A stretch of 62,615 nucleotides of DNA, filler included, from Chiloscyllium plagiosum (taxonomy: Eukaryota), in the NCBI RefSeq assembly GCF_004010195.1. It is 4 parts of one record of this genome, joined end to end, with 100 filler letters (N's around TTAATTAATTAA, not from the genome) between each part and the next. Parts side by side here need not be neighbours in the genome. Positions count along the whole stretch, not along the records: positions 20,792 to 49,420 come from NC_057717.1; 3 more parts are not named here. One strand, 5' to 3'. Below are positions 33,731 to 44,863 of this stretch, piece after piece (the first letter of the stretch is position 1; the number at the start of each line of letters is the position of its first letter). Position numbers and translations under genes: made by a program. Under the pieces are notes generated by a model. It searched no databases. It saw only the letters and a program-made list of their open reading frames with translations, and had not been told where the DNA came from.

Positions 33731-36472
33731 CACTGGGAGTAATTCTGACATTACAGCGGATTGTTCTCTCTCACACACACACACATACAAACAGTCTTAT
33801 GTGCACACACACACACACACAACCAAACACACACCACATTACTTTGTAGAAGAATACCAGTAATCTTATAAATAATCAGAATGACAACTGGAATGAACGA
33901 TTTAGTTAAAGGTAGGATGCGAACAATTAGGGTTACTCTTCATTAAGCGGAACGGACAAAGTTGTGAACTTATTGCAGTGCTCAAAATTATGAAACAAAA
34001 TACAGGTTAAAATATGAATGCTCTGTTTCTGTTCGTTGGCATTTCAGCGTCTTGCAGTCCTAGTTTCAAGATTGTCAGCACAAGATCTAGAAGTGACATA
34101 AGGAAAAACGTCTTTATTGAGAGAGTTGTTAGGATTTAGAATGTTCTGCCTGGGAGAGTTGTGAATGAAGATTCAAAAGAGAACTGAATATATATTTGTA
34201 AGTTACGAATGTAAAGGGTTACAGAGACCGGGTGGCAAATGGGAGGAGTTTGGGAGACATTTCCGGAGCTGATGCATACACAGTGCCCCAGTAGCCTCCT
34301 TCCGTCCATTAAAGTTCTGTACTCTATCATATACAGATGCAAGTCAACATCAGTATCTGATTATTTCCAGTTGTAAATGCTGGCAAATATTTGATCATAT
34401 TTGCTGCAGCATAACCATTTAAAATGCAAGTATTGCAAGGTCAGCTTGATGATGAAGACTAATTAGTATTCAGCACATGAATATTTTAAATCTGGTATTC
34501 TAATTATTAAAACAAATAATTCTTTGCTTTGGCACAAAACATTTTGTAAATATTTGACTTTTTCACTCAAACGGAAATACGTTCATCGTTTTTATTCACT
34601 AACTAAATTTTGCATTAAATGCCATTCATTCTTTTAAAAATGCAAGATTTCAAATTATTGTTCTCTGCAATGTAATATCACATTTACGTTAACAATTACA
34701 GTGCATGTTGAATTATTGTCATTTCTCAATTGTTGGTAAATAGCTGAAGCTCATACATTCAAGTGAGAAATTAAACTGATTGCTACTTAAGTATATAAGA
34801 TCGCTTTTTCCATATTATTTTTCAGCAATCATTTTCTCAATCTGAATCTATAATCGGTCAGACACCAACCACTTTCTAAATGTTGGTGCGATAATGTATT
34901 TGTTTGAATACCGCCAATGAATGTGTAATTGTGATCATTGAATTGACATGATCCATCCTTCATCGTGGTCATGAGACTGGCCTTCTGCTCAGTTTCTGGT
35001 CAACTCTACCTTCTGCTCAGTTTATGACCTGCTGCTTTGGTTGCCAACCTCCTGGTTTATTAGTTTAAATCCATCCAATTTCCACTAGCAAACCTCCCTT
35101 CAAGGACGTTGAAGTTCTTCCAGTTAAGATGCAACCTGTCCATTTTTGAAAGCTCTCACCTGTCCTGGAACAGATCCCAATGATCCAAAAATTTGAATCC
35201 CTCACCCCGTACGAGCTCTTTAACCACATGTTAAACTGCACCAGCTTCCTTATCATTACCTCTTTTCCACGTGGCACTGGGAGTAATTCTGACATTACAG
35301 CGGATTGTTCTCTCTCTCTCACACATACAAACAGTCTTATGCGCGCACACACACACACACAAACACACACCACATTACTTTGTAGCAGAATACCAGTAAT
35401 CTTATAAATAATCAGAATGACAACTGGAATGAAAGATTTAGTTAAAGGTAGGATGCGAACAATTAGGGTTACTCTTCATTAAGCAGAACGGACAAAGTTG
35501 TGAACTTATTGCAGTGCTCAAAATTATTGAAAAAATTACAGGTTAAAATACGAATGCTCTGTTTATGTTCGTTGGCATTGCAGCGTCGAGTAGTCCTAGT
35601 TTCAAGATTGTCAGCACAAGATCTAGAAGTGAGATAAGGAAAAACTTATTTATTGAGAGAGTTGTTAGGATTTAGAATGCTCTGCCTGGGAGAGTTGTGA
35701 ATGAAGATTCAAAAGAGAACTGAATATATATTTGTAAGTTACGAATGTAAAGGTTACAGAGACCGGGTGGCAAATGGGAGGAGTTTGGGAGACATTTCCG
35801 GAGCTGATGCATACACAGTGCCCCAGTAGCCTCCTTCCGTCCATTAAAGTTCTGTACTCTATCATATACAGATGCAAGTCAACATCAGTATCTGATTATT
35901 TCCAGTTGTAAATGCTGGCAAATATTTGATCATATTTGCTGCAGCATAACCATTTAAAATGCAAGTATTGCAAGGTCAGCTTGATGATGAAGACTAATTA
36001 GTATTCAGCACATGAATATTTTAAATCTGGTATTCTAATTATTAAAACAAATAATTCTTTGCTTTGGCACAAAACATTTTGTAAATATTTGACTTTTTCA
36101 CTCAAACGGAAATACGTTCATCGTTTTTATTCACTAACCAAATTTTGCATTAAGTGCCATTCATTCTTTTAAAAATGCGAGATTTCAAATTATTGTTCTC
36201 TGCACTGTAATATCACATTTACGTTAACAATTACACTGCATGTTGAATTATTGTCGTTTCTCAATTGTTGGTAAATAGCTGAAGCTCGTACATTCAGGTG
36301 AGAAATTAAACTGATTGCTACTTAAGTATATAAGATCGCTTTTTCCATATTATTTTTCAGCAATCATTTTCTCAATCTGAATCTATAATCGGTCAGACAC
36401 CAACCACTTTCTAAATGTTGGTGCGATAATGTATTTGTTTGAATACCGCCAATGAATATGTAATTGTGATCA
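33396..36472. repeat. About 1.54-kb direct tandem duplication (33396-34937 / 34938-36472)
   Basis: Near-identical copies; duplicated ORFs MHLYMIEYRTLMDG at 34342 and 35877; no gap at the junction. Confidence 0.96.
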
Positions 36473-36518
36473 CGTCTATAGTCAGATAGCATATTCTTTG
36501 TTCGATATAAAATAAAAT

Positions 36519-36892
36519 TCAAAGTTTGTGCGAAGATTTGTAGCTCGGGTGCTCGTTGTTGTGGTTCTGTTCGCCGAACTGGAAGTTTTTGTTGCAAACG
36601 TGTCGTCCCCTGGCTAGGCGACATCATCAGTGCTTTGGAACCTCCTGCGAAGCGCTTCTTTGATGTTTGAAAACTCCATCAACAAACACATCGACCTGGA
36701 CCCAATATACCAACCACTACAGCGGACAGCTGAAACTGACAACCGGAAGCGGCAGGGACAGACCACTATAAACACCGGAGGAAACATCAAAGAAGCGCTT
36801 CGCAGGAGGCTCCCAAGCACTGATGATGTCGCCTAGCCAGGGGACGAAACGTTTGCAACAAAAACTTCCAGCTCGGCGAACAGAACCACAAC
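36519..36892 (+). mobile_element. Young Penelope insertion with 111-bp inverted arms and a hammerhead motif
   Basis: Arms 36558-36668 and 36782-36892; GIY-YIG C-terminal-like NSINKHIDLDPIYQPL; perfect 12-bp TSD ATAAAATAAAAT at 36507-36518 and 36893-36904. Confidence 0.92.
36817..36856 (+). ncRNA. Minimal type I hammerhead ribozyme (Penelope-associated)
   Basis: GCA-CTGATGA-T-GTC(loop)GAC-GAAA-CGTT-TGC: intact core boxes, stem II GTC/GAC, palindromic ACGT stem III, short stem I GCA/TGC. Confidence 0.75.
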
Positions 36893-37552
36893 ATAAAATA
36901 AAATGTACTTTCTTTATATTTTAATCATAAAATGATGACAGGAGTTTGTATTTTAGTTCCATAAATATAACATCAAGCTAATTGCTTTAAGAGAAGATGC
37001 AATTATTGTTCGGTTGAAATATCATACTTCACATCTCACTTTTGCGCAATTTATGAAACATGGCAAATATCTGATTATTTTTCAGATCACTGAACTCATC
37101 ACCTTGCAATTATAATCTTCGTTGAAAATAGATTTAGAAGGATCTGAATTCAGGCAGAGTGTTACTGAAATCATAGCTGCCTGTGGCACTTAGTGAGATA
37201 TTGGCCTGCACCTAAATGTATCCAGAGAATTACTACGTGGTTCTGGGCAGTCATTCAAACATTATTTCACGCAAATCATTTGGAATCCATGTTGGGCCAT
37301 GTGTAAACTAGCCAACAGGCTATCCCTAGTTTCTATGTAAGTACAAGTGCTGCCCAAAATAGACATCAATGACTGGCTAGCAACCATGCTTTACAAATTC
37401 ATTTTCAGTCAGACCCTTGCCCAGAGAGTAGATGTGTCGATATGAAGTGTTAGAAGCACACCACACAAATTACTTACGGGGATGACATCTGGCCTACCTC
37501 CCAGACTCCATACATCTGCAACCTGGGCAGGCACTGAGTGGAGATGTTAACA

Positions 37553-38635
37553 AGGTGAAAGAGAAGACAGCAGATACTGGAGGTTAGAGACGTGAGGATA
37601 GAGCTGGAAAAGTACAGCAGCTCAGGCAGCATCCAAGGAATAGGAAAATCAAACTTTCGGGCAGATACCCTTCATCAGAAATAAGACAGGGAGCCATGAG
37701 GGTGGAGAGATAAATGGGAGGGGGGTGGGGCTCGGTAAAGGTAACTGAGAGTGCGATAGTTGGATGGAGGTGTGGGTAATGGTGATACATCGGAGGGGAG
37801 GGTGGAGTGGATATGTGGGAAGGAAGATGGACAGGTGGGAACGGTGGCTCAGTGGTTAGCAATACTGCCTCACAGTGCCAGGGACTAGTTTAGATTCCAG
37901 CCTCAGGTGACTCTCTGTGTGGAGCTTACACGTTCTTGCCTGGGTTTCCTCCGGGTATTCTGGTGTTCTCTCACGTTCCAAAGATGTGCAAGCCAGGTGA
38001 ATTGGCCATGCTAAATTGCCCATAGTTATAGGTGCATTAGCCAGAGGGAAATGCGTTACTCTTTGAAGGTTTGGTATGGACTTGTTGGGCCAAAGGGCCT
38101 TCTTCCACACTATAGGGAATATAAAAGAAGTACCCTTTCCCACTTTGAATAAAAATATGGGACAGGCCGTGAGGGCAGTGTAAGCTGGAAGTTTGGAACT
38201 GTGATAAGGTGGGAGGAGGGGAAATGAGGAAACTGGTGAAATCCACATTGATACCAAGTGTTTGGAGGGTCCCGAGATTGAAGATGTGGTGGTAAGTGAG
38301 TGGTGATGGATGAAGCCCTGGACCTGCATGTCCTCAGCAGAATGGGAGGGGAGTTGAAGCGATCGGCCACAGGGCAGTGGAACTGGTTGATGCGGGTGTC
38401 CCTGAGATGTTCTCTGCAGTGCTCTGCGAGTTGATGTTCTATCTAACCAATATATAGAATATCACATTGGGAGCCACGGATGCAGTAGTTGACATTTGTG
38501 GAACTGCAGGTGAAACCTTGATGGATGGGGCCTCTTTGAGGCCTCGGCGGGGGGAGGTGTGGGCACAGGTCTTGCAATTCCTGCGGTGGCAGGGGAAGGT
38601 GCCTGGAGAGGAGGCTGAATTGTTGGGGACCTGAC
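37553..38635 (-). mobile_element. Penelope-like element (GIY-YIG region and pseudo-LTR) with a nested SINE
   Basis: Minus ORF PGTFPCHRRNCKTCAHTS; pseudo-LTR reverse complement TTCTGATGAAGGGTATCTGCCCGAAAG at about 37650-37680. Confidence 0.85.
37838..38120 (+). mobile_element. HE1-like tRNA-derived V-SINE
   Basis: A-box GGTGGCTCAGTGG, CTGCCTCACAG, V-domain TGGGTTTCCTCCGGGT..CCAAAGATGTGC, CR1-like tail. Confidence 0.9.
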
Positions 38636-38639
38636 GAAC

Positions 38640-39810
38640 ACTACCTACCTTGTATCCTGTATTCTGCATTCAAAATCGATCGTCCAGAATGAATCGCTTC
38701 ACACTTTTCCAGGTTGAAATCCAACTGTTCTTCATCCTGTCAATATCCCAGTGCAAACTACAACAACCCCCACACTGTCCACAATTCCACCAGCCCTTTT
38801 TTTACATCGCCAAATGTAATAACCCACCCTTACACTCCCTCATCCAAAACATTTATAAAAAAACACAAACAACAGAGTTCCCAGAACGGGACCCTACTTT
38901 TCACCAAGCTCCAGAGTAAATAGATTAGATTACTTACAGTGAGGAAACAGGCCCTTTGGACCAACAAGCCCACACCGACCCAGACCCATTCCCCTACATT
39001 TACCCCTTGACCTGACACTACAGGCAATTTACCATGGCCAATTCATTTAACCTGCACATTTTTCGACTGTGGGAGGAAACCGGAGCACCGAGAGGAAACC
39101 CACGTAGACACGGGGAGAACGTGCAAATTCCATACAGTCAGTTCGCCTGAGGCGGAGACTCTATACAGTCAGTTCGCCTGAGGCGGAGAATTGAACCCGG
39201 CTCTCTGGCGCTGTGAGGCAGCAGTGCTAACCACCGTGCCATCATGCCGCCCACTTCCCATACTTCCCATTTACCACCGCTTTATGTCTCTGTGTGCCAG
39301 CCAATTTTATATCCAGACCGATAGGTTTACCAGTATCCTATGCCTACTTACTTTCTGAATGAACCTACCATGGGGAACATGATCAAACGCCTTGTTAAAA
39401 TCTATGCACACCGCATCCACTGCTCTACCTTCTTCAATGTGTTGGATCCCATTCTCAAAGAATTCAATAAGGCTTGTGAGGCATGACTTGCCCCTCCCAA
39501 AGCCATGCTGACTATTTCTATACAAACTATGATTTTCCAAGTAATCATAAAGTCTGTCTCTCAAAATCCTCTCCACTAATTTGCGCAATACTGATGCAAG
39601 ACTGACTGCACTATAATTCTCAGGATTATTCCTATTCCCTTGCCTGAACAAGGGAGTAACATTTGCCACCCTCAATCATCTGGCACTGCTCCAATGGAGA
39701 TTGAAGACGCAAAGATCATCGCCAAAGGAACAGAAATCTCTTTCCTTTCTTCCAGTAGCAATCTCAGGTGTTTCCCCTCTGGCACAGGGGATTTATTTCT
39801 ACTCATGTTT
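38640..39810 (-). mobile_element. CR1 RT fragment, antisense, with a nested SINE
   Basis: ORF 39307..39675: RVANVTPLF..QHGFGRGKSCLTSL..DFNKAFDHVPH. Confidence 0.88.
38920..39252 (-). mobile_element. HE1-like V-SINE, antisense, with an internal duplication of about 30 bp
   Basis: Reverse complement GGGCGGCATGATGGCACGGTGGTTAGCACTGCTGCCTCACAGCGCC...; ATACAGTCAGTTCGCCTGAGGCGGAGA occurs twice. Confidence 0.92.
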
Positions 39811-40399
39811 GTACTTCAATCAGTCTGTACTTCACCTCATATTGTCTACGCCCTGTCCAACCAATTGATTTACTGCTTTCGTTTTCAGGGTTATATGCCG
39901 TGCTGCTTCACTGAGCATGTATGTTTCGCAATATCCTGTGAACCATGGAATGAAAACTATGGGAAGGCACAAATGCGCTCGTGATGAAGGGGTGAAGCCC
40001 AAATCTTTGACTCTCCTGCTCCTCAGATGTTGCCTAACGGGTTATTTGTTTTCAGTGCCACGCGTTTCGACTCTGATCTCCAGCATCTGCCGTCTTCATT
40101 TTCCCAATTACTGACGGCTATCCCACTTGCACACTGAGCAGGGAATTAATCAGCAGAAACTCATTGTATGTGGAGCGAACTGCTAATTTCTGGAAAATTG
40201 CATTTGATTAATGCATTTATTAAAAACTAAATTGCATTTCAACAAATACTAATTCAGTCCTAGAGTTACAGTTTTGTTTCATGAATTGGGCAGCTTGATA
40301 CCGAACACTGATTGATTGAAGAACTCCGAGGTGCAGAGGATTCCAGGTGCTATATTTCAGGGTGGATGTGCTTTACCTTATTGCTGGAAATATTATCGG

Positions 40400-41090
40400 A
40401 CAGACAGATGTGATAAGGGGACAAGGTGACATGTGGAAATGTGACATTTTGCCATTACAGAAATATGTTTGAGGGAGGACAGGGCTGACAACACAATATG
40501 CTATGGTGCAAGACCTATAGGCAGGACAGGAGAGGGATAAAAGAGGAAGTGGTGTTGCATTATTAGTTATGGGGTCAGTTACTACAGTGAGGACGGACAA
40601 TATCTTGGAATGATCTTCTAATGAGGCTTTGTGGATAGAGCTCAGGATCAAAACTATTGCAGAGGCACTGCTGGGGATATATTATAGACCCCGAGATAAA
40701 AGAAAGTACAGGAACAGATATATAACCAAGTTAATGAGGTGTGTAAAAACAGTAATATGATTGTTACATAAAGGCATTTAATTTGCAAACATACATTTGG
40801 GCAGTGATAACTTTTCAAGATGCCTTGAATTTTATTCCAGCAAGCTTCTTATATCAACATGTAGCAGATACACCAATGGGCGGGTCAATGCTGGGCCTCA
40901 CTGTTGGGAACGAAGCCAGTCAGGATATCGCAGGCAGGATTGGGAGAGCATTATACGGCCAGTGACCAGTTATTAGGAAAAGATTTAAAAAAACACCATC
41001 TGGAAAATAAAATTTGAATGGACTGGGGAGACGGAATTTATGAAAAAAAATGACAGGATCTGGCTTCTGGGTGAACAGTCGCTGAACAGT
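40400..41090 (+). mobile_element. Old CR1 endonuclease fragment
   Basis: GCCATTACAGAAA.., GAGGCTTTGTGGATAGAGCTC.., TATTATAGACCC; similar to 42880-43130. Confidence 0.65.
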
Positions 41091-41113
41091 GTCAAGGAGT
41101 GTGTAAGGCACAA

Positions 41114-41420
41114 CTGGCACATTCCAAGGTCCAGGACTACGTGTTGAGGGATGCGCCGAAGCTTGGGGCAGCTGCCGCCAAGGCGCAGTGGGGAAAGACC
41201 ACTCTGTAACGTCTGCCGCCTAAAGAAGAAAAGGGGGCCCATGCAGTCATTTGGGCTCTGCTGACACCTCAGCTAAAAATGCAATCGTACCGAACTGTAA
41301 ATAGGAATGATTACTCTGTTTTCGGTATGCAAACAAATGGAATGTTTAATATGTATGGCATGTCCAGTTGTATAGATCATCAAAGTATTTTATGAATAAA
41401 GTATATTTTTGAAATAAAAA
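41114..41420 (+). mobile_element. 5'-truncated Tx1/L1-clade LINE 3' end with A-rich tail
   Basis: LAHSKVQDYVLRDAPKLGAAAAKAQWGKTTL* then AATAAA and an A-tail; 16-bp TSD AGTGTGTAAG(G/A)CACAA at 41098-41113 and 41421-41436. Confidence 0.85.
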
Positions 41421-41599
41421 AGTGTGTAAGACACAAACATTACATCACCGTTGTGTCTCCTTACTTTCCTGACTAAAAGTAAATGTGGAGGAGTAGAGAA
41501 AATGCAGTTGATAGGAGTATAAGTAGTATTTCCTTGGATTGAGAGGCTTCAGATAGCAGCAGCTCAGCAAAAAGTACAGACAAGCTCAAATAAATTCCT

Positions 41600-44500
41600 T
41601 TTAGTTTAGTATTACAGCAGTCGAGATGACAGTTAGTCTAGTTGCACGTTCCTCCTGTGCGATGTTGGAGCTCTGGGAGATTTCCACTGTCCCTGTGTGG
41701 AAAGTGCACCCGGCTTCAGCTCCTGGGAGACCATGTTTGGGAGTTGGAGCTGGATACACTCAGGATCATCGGAGATGCTATGAACTTCATAGGTACGTGC
41801 TTCAGTGTGGTGATCACGCCCAAGACCCGCCCCTATCCACGTTTCTGTAATGAATATAATAGCTCAATCCCACATGAAGATGCATTTCCTGAGTTCATCA
41901 GCCTTACCTGTTAGCCCTGTTGCGTTTAAATAAACACAATTTAATCCAACAGCCAATCCTTGCTCCCTGTCGTGTTCCAGGCAGAAAGTAGGTTTGGAAT
42001 GGGAAAGGGGTTATGCACAGAGTGCAACAATCCTCTGTGGCAATTCCTCTCGAAAACAAGTAAACCATTTTAGGTACTGTTGCGGGGAAAGACCGTTCAA
42101 GGGAATGCAGCAGTCGCCAGGTTGGAAGCAATACCACTGACTCTGGGGCACAGCGGGAAAGGGTAAATATAAACAGGTTCTTAGCGATAGCAAAGTCGAT
42201 TGTTGGAGGAACGGACTGGAGATTCTGGGGCCTCAAACGGGAATCCAGCAAGGTTTGTTACCTCGCAGGTGTCAGGGTCCAGGAAGTCTCCGAGCGGTTG
42301 CAGAACATTGTCAATGGGGAGGGTGAGCAGCTAGAAGTCATTGTGCACATTGTTATAAATGATACAGGTAGAAATAGGGATAAGGTCCTACAGAGTGATT
42401 ACATAGAGCTAGAAGAAAAGTTCAAAATCAAGACTTCGAAGTGGTAATCTCCTGATTATTTCCTGTTTCATGAGCTCATGAAGGAGGATATGGCAGATAC
42501 ATGCATAACTAAAGAATTGGTGCAGGGGGTAGGGACTCAGATATTTAGATCATTGGGGTCTTTTCTGTGACAGAGTTGATCTTTTCAGGAGGGACAGGTG
42601 CCACATACACTGGAGGGCAGACCAATATCTTGGCGACCAGGTTTGCTGGTGTTCCATGGGAGGGTTTAATCGAGATTGGCAGGGTTTTGGATCCTCAAGA
42701 GCAGGAAAGCAAGTGTGAGGCTGGAAGGAGATTGAGTAATCAGAAACAGTAAAGTGAAGAGACGGGTCAAACAGTTTACGATTGGGAGCAAGGAATGCCT
42801 GCTGGATTTATTTCAATGCAAGAGGGCTGACAGGTAAGACCAATCAACTCAGGGCATGGATAGGTACGCAGGAGTGGGATATTATAGCCATTACAGGAAC
42901 ATGGCTAAGGGAAGGACAGGACTGGCAGCTTAATGTACCAGGGTTTAGCTGCTTTAGGCAGGACAGCGACGGTGAAAGGAGGGGACGGGGAGTTGCATTT
43001 CTGATAAAGGGAAGTATCACAGCAGTAATGAGAGATGAAATAATTGAAGGATCAAACAGCGAGGATTTGTGGATGGAGCTAATAAATAGTAGGGGGAATG
43101 GTGATGATATAGGGGTTGTACTGTAGGCCCTCAAATAGTCAACAGGAATTAGAGTAACAAATATACTTGCAGAGAGGTGAGGCATGTAGGAGCAAAAGGA
43201 TTGTCATAATTGGGGATTTTAATTTTTAGAACATAAACTGGGACTACCAGAGCGTTAAGTGATTTGGTCGGGTCGAATGCATTAATTGCGCCAGGAAAAT
43301 GTCCTCAAGCAGTATATAGAGGTTTATACTCTCGCGAAGGTGCAAATTTGGACCTACTCGCAGGAAATATGATAGAGCAGGTGATGGAGGTGACATTGGG
43401 GGCGCACTTTGGAACCAGTGACCATAGTTCTATTCATTTTCACGTAGTTATGGAGAGCGACAAAACTGGTCCACAGCTTCACGTTCTAAATTGGGTAAGA
43501 CGAATTTACATGGAATTACATAGGAGTTTGTAGGGGTTTGTGGGAATAGTTTGCCAGCAAAGGGACCGCTGGCAGGCGGGAGGCCTTTGAACGTGAGATA
43601 CTGGAGATCAAGATCTATTTGCTACTGTGGGAGTGAAAGGAAAGTTGGCAGGAATGGGGAATCCTGGATGGCAAGAGATATTTCGGTTTTGATCGGAAAG
43701 AAAGGCAGCTCAGTTACAGGCAGCTGGGATCAAGTGAATCCCTGAAAGTATATAAGGGATACAGATGTTTACTGAAGAAGGAAATCAGTAGGGCATAAAG
43801 GGGGCATGAAAGAGCCTTGGCTGAGAAGATTAGGATGGATCCAGACAGGTACTTTAAGTATATTATAGGAAAAACAATAGATAGTAAAAAAATAGGCCTC
43901 CTCAAAGACCAAAGTGGACATGTATGTGTAGAATCATAAGAGATGGGTGATGTCCTCAACGAATATTTCTCCTCTGTGTTTAACATGGAGAAAGACATGA
44001 ATACTTAGGAACTTGGCAAAGTTGGTGGTGATCTCTTTGGGACTGTCCATATCACAATAGGAGGAGGAATTGGATGTGCTAGAATACTTGAGTTTGGATA
44101 AATCTCACGTTCCTTACCAGATATATCCAAGAACACTGTCAGGGGCTAGAGAAGAAATTATGGGGGACCTGGCTGATAAGTATGATCATCATTAACCATA
44201 GTTGAGATCCAGGAAGACTGGAGGTTTGCAACTATTGTGCTCTTATTTAAGAAGGACTAGAAAAAAAAAATGCCTTGTAGCTATGGACCAGTCAGTTTAA
44301 CATCTATAGTAGGTACGTTACTTGAGAAAATTCTGAAGGATAAGATGTACATTAATTTGAAAAGACAGGGTTTGATTAGGAATATTGAGAATGGCTTTGT
44401 GCGTGGGAGATCATGCTTGATGACATGAGCAGGAAGGTTGACTAAGTCGGAGCGGTAGACGTCAAAAAGTGTGGCGCTGGAAAAGCACAGCAGTTCAGGC

Positions 44501-44690
44501 AGGAACAGGAGAATCGATGTTTCAGGCATAAGCCCTTCAACATGAATGACCAAAACATCGATTCTCCTGTTCCTCGGATGTTGCCTGATCTGCCATGCTT
44601 TTGCAGTGCCATACTTGTCAACTCTGATGTCCAGAATTTGCAGTGTTCACTCTTCTCGGGAGGTAGATTTGGTCTATATGGATTTCAGTT
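41600..44690 (+). mobile_element. CR1 LINE with ORF1 (Cys-rich finger, SGNH esterase-like) and ORF2 endonuclease to start of RT, decayed
   Basis: SSCAM..CGKCTRLQLL..ELELDTLRII; esterase-like region 42180-42670; ORF2 CWIYFNARGL..DIIAITGTWL..DWQLNVPGFSCFRQD; LDL..GN..HFGTSDHSSI. Confidence 0.9.
44460..44660. mobile_element. Short palindromic Penelope pseudo-LTR pair within the CR1
   Basis: AGGAACAGGAGAATCGATGTTT and its reverse complement AAACATCGATTCTCCTGTTCCT. Confidence 0.78.
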
Positions 44691-44863
44691 ACACCAGGAC
44701 AATAAAAGATTTTTCAGCGCCTGGAGTATGACATACAGTTACAGGAGGCCAATCAACCCCTCGAGCTTATAACACAGGACCCAGAGTAGATGATGCAGCA
44801 TCAGGATTCTGTAATGCAGCAACAGGATCAGTTTATTCAGAGACTTCAGGTCAGTAACACAGG

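Noticed and set aside
37838..37910. tRNA-like A/B boxes here and at about 39180-39250 and 58310-58355
   Set aside because: These are SINE heads followed by V-domain and LINE tail, not tRNA genes.
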